This document shows positions 40,093 through 49,794 of a stretch of 64,000 bases of DNA, one piece after another. Location: the NCBI GenBank assembly GCA_050633245.1, contig JBOEGD010000016.1, positions 129,645 to 193,644 of the forward strand, given 5' to 3'. A program made the position numbers and the translations under genes. Numbering within the stretch: the stretch's first letter is position 1; the number at the start of each line of letters is the position of its first letter. The notes under the pieces are model-generated. The model saw only the letters and a list, made by a program, of their open reading frames with translations, was not told the origin of the DNA and ran no database searches. This DNA is from Calditrichia bacterium. GTDB taxonomy: Bacteria; Calditrichota; Calditrichia; RBG-13-44-9; J075.

Positions 40093-41091
40093 TCAGTTGC
40101 TTTCCTTCAGTATCCGCATAATCACGTCATAAAAGCTCATTCCGGCAGCCTTCCCCGCTTTGGGAACCAGGCTGGTACCGGTCATTCCGGGAAGGGTGTT
40201 TGCCTCAAGGCAGTAGATTTCATTGGCTTCATTTACGCGAAAGTCCACGCGCGAGTAGCCGCGACAGCCCAATACGCGATGCGTTTGCAGTGCCGCCGTT
40301 TGGAGGGCATCTTTTAGCTCAGTGGTAGTTTCAGCCGGACAAATATAGGTCGTCATGCCGCTTTGATATTTCGATTCATAATCGTAGAAGCCACTCTTTG
40401 GGATGATCTCAATAATCGGTAGGGCTTCATCGGCTAGAACGGTCACCGTCATCTCGCGCCCGGGAACAAAGGCTTCCAGCATCACGCTCACGTCGTATTC
40501 GAACGCAAGCTTCACCGCGGCTGGCAGCTCAGACGCTTCGTTCACAATGGTTAGTCCAACCGTTGACCCCTGCGCATTCGGTTTAACCACCAGCGGATAA
40601 CCAAGCTTACCGGTTTCCGCTACGTCCAGCTCATCGGGATCTTTTAGGTGCAGCCAGTCTGCTGTAGAAATCCCCTCAGATCGCATCAACACTTTAGAAA
40701 GATGTTTGTCCATCGCCACCGCGCTGGCACAGCTACCACTACCGCTGTAGGGCACGCCAGCCAGATCGAGCAGCGCCTGGATTTTACCGTCTTCACCATA
40801 CCCGCCATGCAATGCCAGAAAAACGGCATCAAACTGCTCTTCAATCAGATAATCAATAGTGCGAAATACGTTGCGATTTAATACATCACGTTCTTTTTCA
40901 ATTTCGGAATGTTCAACCTTTACAGCGGTTTCAGCAGAATCGGAAAAATCAACCTGCTTTACGCCATAAGCCGGGTCTAGCGCTTCTACATGATGTCCGT
41001 TTTCCGCCAAGGCACGCGCCACGGCGATTCCGGTTGATAAAGAGACATCGCGTTCAGCAGAGGTGCCGCCAAGTAAGACTGCAATTTTCAT
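40093..41091 (-). CDS. ddl: D-alanine--D-alanine ligase
   Basis: GGTSAERDVS, LHGGYGEDG, MDK, GSTVG, YDYESKY, RVDF, EANTLPGMT. Confidence 0.97.
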   Translation of the reverse strand: MKIAVLLGGTSAERDVSLSTGIAVARALAENGHHVEALDPAYGVKQVDFSDSAETAVKVEHSEIEKERDVLNRNVFRTIDYLIEEQFDAVFLALHGGYGEDGKIQALLDLAGVPYSGSGSCASAVAMDKHLSKVLMRSEGISTADWLHLKDPDELDVAETGKLGYPLVVKPNAQGSTVGLTIVNEASELPAAVKLAFEYDVSVMLEAFVPGREMTVTVLADEALPIIEIIPKSGFYDYESKYQSGMTTYICPAETTTELKDALQTAALQTHRVLGCRGYSRVDFRVNEANEIYCLEANTLPGMTGTSLVPKAGKAAGMSFYDVIMRILKESN

Positions 41092-41099
41092 AGCATTAC

Positions 41100-42548
41100 C
41101 TAAACGTATTTTTCAACAGCTTGTTCAACAAAGCTGCATACTTTTTCTTTTCCAAAAATATCAATTACTACCGGTAATTCAGGACCAGAGGTCATGCCGG
41201 TAATCGCGACGCGCATCGGCTGCCACAGTCCGGCGCCTTTTACACCGCTCTCCTGCTGCACACCTTTCATGACTTCCTTAAAAGACTGCAGATCCAGTGT
41301 CTCAACATTTTTTGCACCGGCTAAAAACAGCTCCAGAACGGATTTCGTGCTTTCACCCTTCAGAACATCCAGAGCAGCTTCTTCTTCCACGTTCAGCGTG
41401 TCGGAATAAAAGAGATCAACTGCTGCCGGAATCTGATCACCGCGATCAACTTTCTTTTGAACAGCGAGTAGAATCTTGTTTGTTTGCGCTTCATCTGCTA
41501 CGTCCAGCCCAGCCTGCTGTAGAAATGGTTTTGCAAACTCGATATAGTTTTGCTGATCCATTTCTCGAATATACATGCCGTTCATCCAGCTCAACTTATC
41601 CTGATCGAACACCGAGCCCGATTTGCTAACCTTGTCTATGGAAAACTGATCGATCAATTCCCCCATTGAGAAAATTTCCTGCTCGCCACCCGGACTCCAG
41701 CCCAGCAGCGCAACAAAGTTCACCAGAGCTTCCGGCAGATAGCCTTTATCGCGATAGTCTTCGACCGCCACATCCCCTTGGCGCTTGCTGAGCTTGCTGC
41801 GATCGGCATTGAGGAGTAGCGACAGGTGTGCCATTTCCGGTGCTTGCCAGCCAAAGGCTTTATACAGCTGCAGATGCTTCGGCACGCTGTTCAGCCATTC
41901 CTCACCGCGAATAACGTGCGTAATGCCCATATGATGATCGTCCACCACATTGGCTAGGTGATATGTTGGAAATCCATCTGACTTTACCAGCACCTGATCA
42001 TCAAAGAGTTCATTCATAAAGCGCACTTCGCCACGGACCAAATCGCTAAAAACGGTTTCACCATCTGCTGGCATTTTCAAGCGCACCACATAAGAAGCAC
42101 CCTCGTTCATTTTGGCATCAACCTCAGCGCTATCGCGGTCACGCCAGGTGCCGTCATAGCGCATCGGCTCTCCGGCTTCCAGTTGCTTTTCGCGCATAGT
42201 TTCCAGTTCTTCAGGCGTGCAAAAACAGCGGTAGGCATAGCCATTCTTCAGAAGAATTTCGGCATGTTCTTTATATAGTTCCGTGCGTTGGCTCTGAATA
42301 TAGGGTCCCATATCTCCGCCAATGTCCGGTCCTTCATCATAGGCAATACCAGACCACTTCAAGCTGGCCATCAGCTTTTCCATGGCGCCTTGGACAAAAC
42401 GGGATTGATCGGTATCTTCAATACGAAGAATAAAAACGCCCTCGTGCTTCCGGGCATATAAATAGTTAAAGAGGGCAGCTAAAAGACCGCCAACGTGTAG
42501 GTATCCGGTTGGACTAGGGGCGAAACGGGTGCGAATTTGTTGAGACAT
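41100..42548 (-). CDS. gltX: Glutamate--tRNA ligase
   Basis: RFAPSPTGYLHVGG, RIEDTD, PTYH, KLSKR, C-terminal anticodon-binding domain. Confidence 0.95.
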   Translation of the reverse strand: MSQQIRTRFAPSPTGYLHVGGLLAALFNYLYARKHEGVFILRIEDTDQSRFVQGAMEKLMASLKWSGIAYDEGPDIGGDMGPYIQSQRTELYKEHAEILLKNGYAYRCFCTPEELETMREKQLEAGEPMRYDGTWRDRDSAEVDAKMNEGASYVVRLKMPADGETVFSDLVRGEVRFMNELFDDQVLVKSDGFPTYHLANVVDDHHMGITHVIRGEEWLNSVPKHLQLYKAFGWQAPEMAHLSLLLNADRSKLSKRQGDVAVEDYRDKGYLPEALVNFVALLGWSPGGEQEIFSMGELIDQFSIDKVSKSGSVFDQDKLSWMNGMYIREMDQQNYIEFAKPFLQQAGLDVADEAQTNKILLAVQKKVDRGDQIPAAVDLFYSDTLNVEEEAALDVLKGESTKSVLELFLAGAKNVETLDLQSFKEVMKGVQQESGVKGAGLWQPMRVAITGMTSGPELPVVIDIFGKEKVCSFVEQAVEKYV

Positions 42549-42665
42549 CAGGTAGAGCTCCTGCACATATTTAGCGATAATCGACTTACAGTTTCAATTA
42601 GCGCTAAATATACCACATAAACCCGCATCCCGTTAGCAAAAAAGAAGGTAATCTAATAGCGTAAA

Positions 42666-43112
42666 TTACTCTGGGGCAGCAATTGGTAATCCCGCGGCAC
42701 TCCAGGCACTCATTCCGTCTTTTACGTTAATCAAGTTGGTAAATCCACGCTCGCGCAGCATAGTTGCCGTACGACTGCTTCGGCCACCACTACGACAAAT
42801 CAGCATGATTTGTGCATCTTTATCGCCTTCCAGCTCAGGCACCCAGTTTTGAAACTGCTGAATGGGAAGTAACCGAGCATTTTCAATATGTCCAAGTGGA
42901 CCATTGTATTCATCGGGCGTCCGCACATCAATAAGAATCATATTTGGTCTACGATCTATTAATTGAGCTGCCTCGGTAACGTTCAGATTCTGAATTGCAG
43001 GCTTTTCCGGCACTTTCTGGTCGGCATCAGCCGTCTTTTGTGCATCACCAGAACTACAGGCTGCGAACACGAATAGTCCGGAAAAAATCAATATGCTGTA
43101 GAGATACTTCAT
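42666..43112 (-). CDS. Rhodanese-domain lipoprotein
   Basis: Lipobox FAAC, DVRTPDEY, GHI, CRSGGRS, GMSAW. Confidence 0.92.
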   Translation of the reverse strand: MKYLYSILIFSGLFVFAACSSGDAQKTADADQKVPEKPAIQNLNVTEAAQLIDRRPNMILIDVRTPDEYNGPLGHIENARLLPIQQFQNWVPELEGDKDAQIMLICRSGGRSSRTATMLRERGFTNLINVKDGMSAWSAAGLPIAAPE

Positions 43113-43230
43113 GCATACTCCAGGGTTTGTGAACGGATCACTGATCGGTGAAAAGTAAGGAGGGAAAGTGAAAAAGTCAATTATGAACGATGCGCTGTCT
43201 CAGCATGGCAAAATACAGCTCACCGATATC

Positions 43231-43351
43231 ATTCATGATTCATCAATCAAAATTCATCAATTAGAAGCGCCTCGACTCCGCTCGGCGTGACAAACAGCAT
43301 CTCTGAAAGATCACTCGGTAATCATCAATTATCATTCATCACTCATCAATT
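43231..43351. repeat. Heptamer arrays (ATTCATC-like) flanking hairpin repeat family A copy 3 (43265..43296)
   Basis: ATTCATG ATTCATC AATCAAA ATTCATC, then the 32-bp element, then AATCATC AATTATC ATTCATC ACTCATC. Confidence 0.8.
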
Positions 43352-44936
43352 AAAAGCTTCTCATCAGATTATTCCAGTAATACTGCGTCAAACCGCCATC
43401 GGTAACGATCCAGATATAGTCACCGTCGAGAAGGAGCTGGCGGCAATTATTACTTAACAGGCCATCTTCAGTCGTGAACAAGCGCCAGTATTTGAATTCG
43501 CGATCGTATTTCAACAAGCCAGAAGCTGTGGCAACCCAAACGGATCGCTTGTTCACAGCTATATCGGCATAGGGTGGGCGAATCTCAAATGTCAGCTGCG
43601 GATAGCTTTGCCAGCGATCTTCCTTCACATCATACCACATCACACCACTTGATGCCGCAAACCAAATCTCATTATCCCAAGCCGTTACAGCTGAAACGTT
43701 TAAGTCCTGAATCGCTGCTCGTGACGGCACAAATTGCCACTCTTTTATCGAGGCAACATAACGAAAGATGCCGCGATCCGTTGCGCACCACAAGGTGTCT
43801 CCCTGAAGCGCCAGACGACGAAATGTAACATTACTTAGGCGACGATCTTTTATCTTCTCCAGCTGTCCGGTTTGCAGGCTAATGCGAGATATTCCGCGTT
43901 CAGTGGCGGCATAAAGGTAATCCTGCAAAATGGCGAGATCGAGTACTTCATCATCGACAAGACCATTGTTTTGATTGTAATTGCGCCATTTGTTGTTCCC
44001 AACATCAAAAAGCGAAACGCCATAGGAGGTGCCAAACCAAACGGAGTCGCCATCCGCAAGAATCGAATTCACATCATCCTTCGGCAAGCGGCTGATAAAG
44101 CGTTCCTGATAATAATCCCACGCTACGCCCTCATACGGCCAGCGGGCGATTCCCGGTCTGGTATCTTGACCGCGTATGCCAATACCGCCAATCCAGAGAT
44201 CGTCATACTGATACTCAAGTGCCCGCGGTTCAATATCAGGCAGTCCGATTTGGTAGAAGTCTGCACGGAATGAGCCAAGGTCTCCCATACCAATTCCAAA
44301 TCCCTCAACCAAGAACCAAATGCGGTCGAATCGATCCCGGATGTATCCCGCGATGACGTATTCCTCAAAATTATCATCAATTAACAGCCAATCGCCGGTA
44401 AGCTGAAAACCACGGTTAGCAAAGAAAGAAGGCAATTCACTTAGATCATCTCTCCCGCGAAAAACCTCGCGCGGCACACCATCATTTGGCCTCTCGGGTC
44501 TTGGCCCGGGAAACTCATAGTTCCAGGTAGGCGATTCGGCCCGGCTAATCCAAACTTCGGAAGCCGGATCAAAGACCGCCACATCTCTCCGAGTTACAGC
44601 ATATAGAAAGGAGGTCGTTTCATCGTAAGCGACCTGAGTAACATGATTGCTGGGCAGGCCACTGCTGGTTGTATAGGGAAAGTCCCAATAATTATCGTAG
44701 ATATGATAGCGCAAAATTCCACCATCACGCGTACTGATATACAGGTATTCACTTCCAATCGCGGCAGATGTAAAACTGGTAGCAGTAGTGTAGCTCAGCC
44801 AGTCATTCAACTCATAAGTTGTTCTGCGATCGTGCTCGGTGGCAAAGCTATTGGTTCGAACGTACTGCGCGCTAACAGATTGAGCAACCAAGACCAGAAG
44901 TAGTGCGCAAAGGAAGTAAAGCTTGTTCAATTTCAT
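43350..44936 (-). CDS. Secreted Reg_prop-type beta-propeller protein
   Basis: Signal peptide, GLPSN/GLVDD/GLLSN repeats, WFGTSYGVS, WCATDRGI, WIVTDGGL. Confidence 0.8.
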   Translation of the reverse strand: MKLNKLYFLCALLLVLVAQSVSAQYVRTNSFATEHDRRTTYELNDWLSYTTATSFTSAAIGSEYLYISTRDGGILRYHIYDNYWDFPYTTSSGLPSNHVTQVAYDETTSFLYAVTRRDVAVFDPASEVWISRAESPTWNYEFPGPRPERPNDGVPREVFRGRDDLSELPSFFANRGFQLTGDWLLIDDNFEEYVIAGYIRDRFDRIWFLVEGFGIGMGDLGSFRADFYQIGLPDIEPRALEYQYDDLWIGGIGIRGQDTRPGIARWPYEGVAWDYYQERFISRLPKDDVNSILADGDSVWFGTSYGVSLFDVGNNKWRNYNQNNGLVDDEVLDLAILQDYLYAATERGISRISLQTGQLEKIKDRRLSNVTFRRLALQGDTLWCATDRGIFRYVASIKEWQFVPSRAAIQDLNVSAVTAWDNEIWFAASSGVMWYDVKEDRWQSYPQLTFEIRPPYADIAVNKRSVWVATASGLLKYDREFKYWRLFTTEDGLLSNNCRQLLLDGDYIWIVTDGGLTQYYWNNLMRSF

Positions 44937-44993
44937 ATAGGGATTAATCCATTTTTATTTTCGAAGAGGCAATGGCTAGTGGCTAAAAGTTCG

Positions 44994-45096
44994 CGTCTTT
45001 TCTTTGCCGTCTTTTCTTTGCCGTCTGTTCTTTGCCGTCTGTTCTCTGCCGTCTGTTCTCTGCCGTCTGTTCTCTGCCGTCTCTTATCTGTCGTCT
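44994..45096. repeat. 14-bp tandem repeat CGTCTKTTCTYTGC x7
   Basis: Read directly, just downstream of the hflX stop. Confidence 0.95.
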
Positions 45097-45107
45097 ACCA
45101 GTCAGCT

Positions 45108-46427
45108 CTACGCTTGTTCCATAGTACTGCTTTTTTCACCCGCTGCGATTTCTGCTTCCACAGTCTGAAGAATGCGTTCGCAATTACCCGGGGTTGCCTT
45201 AAAGTCGAGGTGAATGGTTGTATCCGTATATTCTGTGCCCGTCACAACAGCAAGATTATAAACCAGATTGCTGAGCTTAGATAGATACTGCGGAAAGCTG
45301 ACTTTTCCATCGACAAACGATTGACGCAGGAATTCAATCAGCGACTCACGCAGGTCTTCAACGCGAATTTGTCGCGTTGCGCTGATAAAAACGCTGCCGG
45401 TATAACGTTGTTTTAACGCGCCAATAATAGCCTTGTCTTCAAGTCGATCAATTTTATTGAACACCATCAGCATCGGTTTCTTTGAAGCGCCAAGTTGATT
45501 GATAACTTCTTTAACCGTTTCAATTTGCTCTTCAAATCCGGGGTGACTGCTATCGACCACGTGGATAAGCAGATCGGCTTCCAACACCTCATCCAGAGTC
45601 GACTTAAACGATTCCACCAAATGGTGCGGCAGCTTGCGAATAAATCCAACCGTATCACTAAGTAAAATCTCGTGCTGTGCATCCAACTTAACCTGCCTAA
45701 CGGTTGAGTCCAAAGTTGCAAACAGCTGATCCTGCACCAATACCCCGGCATCGGAAAGCAGATTCATTATCGTAGATTTACCAACATTGGTATAGCCAAC
45801 CAATGACGCCGTAAGTGAGTCATCCCGTCCTTTTCGACGCGTCTTACGCCGTTGCTGAATGCGCGCAAGATCCTTACGCAACACTTCAATTCGCGTGCGA
45901 ACCAAACGACGGTCAGTTTCGAGCTGGGTTTCACCCGGCCCCTTGGTTCCAATGCCACCCACCTGTCGGGAAAGGTGTGTCCACTGTCTGGTAAGACGCG
46001 GCAGCATGTATTTTAACTGCGCCAGCTCAACCTGCGTTTTGGATTCGCGGGTACGGGCATTTCGGGCAAAGATATCAAGGATCAGGCTGGATCGATCAAT
46101 GATTTTTGCATCAGTTGCCTTTTCCAGATTGCGCGTTTGCGCCGGAGAAAGATCGTCATCAAAAATGACGGTGCTGGCATCGTGCATTTCCAGCAGCTCA
46201 GTCAATTCTTCCACTTTCCCCTTACCAATAAAGGTGGAAGGCTCACGTCGGTTGCGCTCCTGCACAACTTCATCAACCGTTTCGACACCTGCCGTGGCAG
46301 CCAACTGTTTTAGCTCAGCAAGATTGTCTTCTACGTCCCACCGCTTATGACCGGGTAAGATAACACCAACCATAATAGCGCGTTCGGCCTTTTTATCGAG
46401 AGCATTTATTTTTGGCTTTTCTATCAA
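45108..46427 (-). CDS. hflX: GTPase HflX
   Basis: QVELAQL.Y.LPRL, GPGETQLETDRR, GYTNVGKS, LFATLD, DTVG, NKID. Confidence 0.97.
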   Translation of the reverse strand: MIEKPKINALDKKAERAIMVGVILPGHKRWDVEDNLAELKQLAATAGVETVDEVVQERNRREPSTFIGKGKVEELTELLEMHDASTVIFDDDLSPAQTRNLEKATDAKIIDRSSLILDIFARNARTRESKTQVELAQLKYMLPRLTRQWTHLSRQVGGIGTKGPGETQLETDRRLVRTRIEVLRKDLARIQQRRKTRRKGRDDSLTASLVGYTNVGKSTIMNLLSDAGVLVQDQLFATLDSTVRQVKLDAQHEILLSDTVGFIRKLPHHLVESFKSTLDEVLEADLLIHVVDSSHPGFEEQIETVKEVINQLGASKKPMLMVFNKIDRLEDKAIIGALKQRYTGSVFISATRQIRVEDLRESLIEFLRQSFVDGKVSFPQYLSKLSNLVYNLAVVTGTEYTDTTIHLDFKATPGNCERILQTVEAEIAAGEKSSTMEQA

Positions 46428-48556
46428 GCGCTACTTCCTCCTTCTGCGGCAACCATAGACTCGTATTCACGTTTCGATCCGGTACGTGCAATTAACATTT
46501 CTAATAACAGCAGAATAAACGCGGCAATTAGAAAATGCCGCCAAAGCTCTTTGCCAAAGCGACTATTGCGCACAGATTCGACCAAACCTTCAGGCTGAAG
46601 CACTGTAACATTATTGATAAGACCGCCAACTTCGTTGGCAGCATAGTATCTGGCAAGAGATTCTTCCGGCCAGGCATTCACCGAGAACGTATGAATTTTA
46701 TCGGTGTTATGAAAAATATCGTAATTGCCCGGAACTGCGGTATTCACAAACTCTAAAAACACTCTTGCTCCTTGAAAACGCGGCGTCAACTTCGCCTCTA
46801 CCCCTTCATCTCCGACAACTCTAAAATTGAATGGTGCCTGCAAATTGGCAAAATCCTGTCGAAAGACCTCGCCAGTTCGCAAAGTCTGGCGATCAACTTT
46901 ATTACCCGTGCCCGAAAAATAAATCAGACGATAGAGTAACGGCACGATAAATCCCTTCACCGGCAGTTGCGACCAGTCGCGCTGCAGCGGCGTAGACAAA
47001 TAGAAGACCACACCGTTACTGCCGGCACTTTGCAAAAGCAGTGGCGATTTATCTGTAAGTGAGATCAAACGATTGGCGCCGGCGGCAGGTTTGGTTCCAT
47101 AGGCAGCATAAATTTCAATTGGATTAAGCAGTGGTCGTTCTTTTTCAAACAGACCTTCAAATATTGGATGCTGCCAGTCTACTGTCGAGATGGAGAGAAA
47201 CTGTTCATTTTTTCCGGGCTCACCGGTTCGCTCAAGGAAGGTGCCGAGCTGCAACGTTTGCAGCATCTCGCGGTATTGCGGAGCAACCGACTGCGTTCCG
47301 GGGCTGATAACCACTCCCCCACCCGTTTCAGCAAACTGCCTCAAGCGCTGCGTCAATGTCGAGGGAATTTGATTTAGCCCCTCGATAAAGATGACGTCGA
47401 AGTCGGTAAAATTTCTGCTACTCCAGCCAGCTGCAGATGCTGATGTGTAGGCGAACACACCGCGATCAATCGCGGGTTGAATAATTAAGGGCACAAAACT
47501 TTTGCTAAGGGCGCCTTCATGCAAATGTAAAATACGTATTTTCTTCGGCACGAAGAAGTTGAAGTAACGTCGATTATCTTCATGTAGCGCATCGCTTTCC
47601 AGCGTCAACATCCCTTCGATAAATCCGGTTTGCGTCAACGTAAACGAATAGCGCACTTCGCGTGATTGCCCGGGCGGAATACTCACATTTTGCTGAGCAA
47701 CCCGTTTGTCTGCAAGTACAATCGAGGATAAAGACGTCTGATGTTTTTCCGGATGATGATTGCGCAAAACGGCGCGAATGGTTAGCGGCTGATTTACTTC
47801 GAGCAGGCGATTTATAACCTCAATACTGTCGACAGATAAATTTTCAGGATTTTCATGTTGCAGCGGTAGCGCGAAAATTCGCACGTCAGCTAAATCGCCT
47901 TCACCGAATACGGCAACAGACTCATCAAATTGTTCGCCCATTCCGCTATGCTGAAAATCTGAAAGTACATAAATTTCTCTACTGGCATAAACAGAACCGT
48001 TTAACTGCTGAGCCGCAGTGGTAAACGCAGCAGATAAGTTGCTTCGCGCAAAATTTGGCTGGAGCCTTCCAAGAAGCCGATCCCAGGTTTCACTGGAGAA
48101 ACTCTCCTGGCTGATAAGCACGTCCTGCGGACTCGTGGCTTGAATAACAGTGATGCGATCGCCGGGCTGAAACACATTCTGTAAACTCGAAAAAGACTGG
48201 CGCAGCTGATCCAGCAGGCTTCCCTGCAATCGCACTTCGTTCAGACTCTGGGAATTATCAAGGATAATCACCGCTTCAATAGCGCTGCGTTCTGCGAGAA
48301 TCCCGCCAACACTGTCTTCCTGCAACGTCGGTCGTGAAAACGCCAGCACCAGGCACAGAATAATCGCCATGCGCATAAACAACAACAGCAGTTGACGAAT
48401 GCGCAGATTGCGCATCTGTTTCTTTTCCAGGCGCTTTAAGAATTGGATTGTGCTAAACGGAATGTTTTTAATCTTGCGGCGATTCAAAAGGTGGATCACC
48501 AGTGGGATTCCCGCGGCTATCAGTCCGTAGAGAATTGCAGGATTCAGAAAATTCAG
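46424..48556 (-). CDS. BatA + vWA domain membrane protein
   Basis: NFLNP, IPLVIHLLNRR, LAFSRP, DNSQS MIDAS, SDFQ, C-terminal ELWR+TM. Probable CTG start at 48556. Confidence 0.9.
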   Translation of the reverse strand: MNFLNPAILYGLIAAGIPLVIHLLNRRKIKNIPFSTIQFLKRLEKKQMRNLRIRQLLLLFMRMAIILCLVLAFSRPTLQEDSVGGILAERSAIEAVIILDNSQSLNEVRLQGSLLDQLRQSFSSLQNVFQPGDRITVIQATSPQDVLISQESFSSETWDRLLGRLQPNFARSNLSAAFTTAAQQLNGSVYASREIYVLSDFQHSGMGEQFDESVAVFGEGDLADVRIFALPLQHENPENLSVDSIEVINRLLEVNQPLTIRAVLRNHHPEKHQTSLSSIVLADKRVAQQNVSIPPGQSREVRYSFTLTQTGFIEGMLTLESDALHEDNRRYFNFFVPKKIRILHLHEGALSKSFVPLIIQPAIDRGVFAYTSASAAGWSSRNFTDFDVIFIEGLNQIPSTLTQRLRQFAETGGGVVISPGTQSVAPQYREMLQTLQLGTFLERTGEPGKNEQFLSISTVDWQHPIFEGLFEKERPLLNPIEIYAAYGTKPAAGANRLISLTDKSPLLLQSAGSNGVVFYLSTPLQRDWSQLPVKGFIVPLLYRLIYFSGTGNKVDRQTLRTGEVFRQDFANLQAPFNFRVVGDEGVEAKLTPRFQGARVFLEFVNTAVPGNYDIFHNTDKIHTFSVNAWPEESLARYYAANEVGGLINNVTVLQPEGLVESVRNSRFGKELWRHFLIAAFILLLLEMLIARTGSKREYESMVAAEGGSSA

Positions 48557-48646
48557 ATTGTACTCCTTTTTATCGTCTGCCCGGAAGTACTGCGATGAAC
48601 GCAGCAGCCGCAATTAACGGGCTTATTTAGCAAAATGCAATGGATT

Positions 48647-49387
48647 TCAACGCAGGAAATGGCTCAGGGACTTTCTTCCTTCCCGCACCTCTTTTACCAA
48701 CCCCTCATAGAAGGCTTTTGTTCCGATATCAATCCACTCACCGCGAAAGCAGTAGACACCAACCTCCAGCGTTTTAATTGCGTTCTTATAAAGAGCCGTA
48801 ATAACCGATTGATTCTCAACCCTCAACAACTTTCTGGCCTGTGGCGTCAGCACTTGATAACCTATAAAAATCGCGCTGTTAAAGTCATCGGCTATGTCAT
48901 GTCCACGCAGGTTAAAGCGACGCAGCTGATGCGAGTCATCGTAGCTTACGAGGCCGTAATCGATATTGTTTTGCGAGGGTAAAACCGCCATCGATGCCAG
49001 CTTTGCCGAGCGACAGTGATAACGGTAGAAATCACGGATATCAATACCGCAAAGCGTATCGGCATTTACAACCAAAATATCTTCGCCATTAAAATGCGGC
49101 TCGGCGTTGGCGATACCACCGCCACTTCCCAGCAGCTCTGGTTCTTCACTAAAGATTATTTCGAGCCCATAATCTTTCGTCAGCAATCTTTTTACGACTT
49201 CCGGCATGTAGTGAAGGTTAATGATTGCCCGGGTTATTCCCGATGAAGAAAGTTTGCGGAGCAGTACTTCAATAATTCGATTTTCATCCAGTGGCAGCAG
49301 TGGTTTTGGCGTCTCGCTGGTTAAATCCCCCATTCGGGTTCCGTATCCGGCAGCCATGATCATTGCTGTTTTAAGTTCAGGTATCAT
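48647..49387 (-). CDS. Sugar-phosphate nucleotidyltransferase (MurU-like)
   Basis: MAAGYGTRM, PKPLL, EPELLGSGGG, VNAD, WIDIGT. Confidence 0.9.
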   Translation of the reverse strand: MIPELKTAMIMAAGYGTRMGDLTSETPKPLLPLDENRIIEVLLRKLSSSGITRAIINLHYMPEVVKRLLTKDYGLEIIFSEEPELLGSGGGIANAEPHFNGEDILVVNADTLCGIDIRDFYRYHCRSAKLASMAVLPSQNNIDYGLVSYDDSHQLRRFNLRGHDIADDFNSAIFIGYQVLTPQARKLLRVENQSVITALYKNAIKTLEVGVYCFRGEWIDIGTKAFYEGLVKEVREGRKSLSHFLR

Positions 49388-49504
49388 GCAGGTCCTACAA
49401 TTGCTGTTTTATCGCTAATATCCCTTGATTTTTATACGTCCAAACATACAACAGTAATGCGCATTTTGCAACTCTTCCTCGTTTGAGATGGCCCGAAATT
49501 TGCC

Positions 49505-49666
49505 AGACTGGAGCATTGTTAGAATGGAGCAGTCTTATATGGATTAAGGCAATTTTAACATATTAAAATCGTGAAGCCGTTCGGTTTCTTTGATGGAGCA
49601 GTTTTGAAATTAGACTGGAGCAGTTTTGAAATTAGACTGGAGCAGTTTTGAAAACTGCTCCAGTCT
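49505..49666. promoter_or_regulatory. Array of TGGAGCA boxes: 22-bp direct repeats ending in a perfect 33-bp palindrome
   Basis: TGGAGCAGTTTTGAAATTAGAC at 49594 and 49616 with a partial third copy. AGACTGGAGCAGTTTT-G-AAAACTGCTCCAGTCT at 49634-49666. Two more boxes at about 49509 and 49525. The repeat is certain and the function is inferred. Confidence 0.6.
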
Positions 49667-49794
49667 TTGGGTCATTTACCCCCTCTCCAATCAAATCAAA
49701 AACGTCAATTTATTAGCATAATTCTGCTGCTTTACCGGCTTATAGGGTTGAAAAATTTGATTTCAATGCCTATAATAAAGCAGGAGGAAATGGA

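Noticed and set aside
44979-45284. ORF with SLPSVLCRL repeats (likewise 9923..10147 and 9987..10538)
   Set aside because: These are translations of tandem-repeat DNA, antisense to real genes.
49594-49666. CRISPR array
   Set aside because: The repeats are contiguous with no unique spacers, and there are no cas genes.
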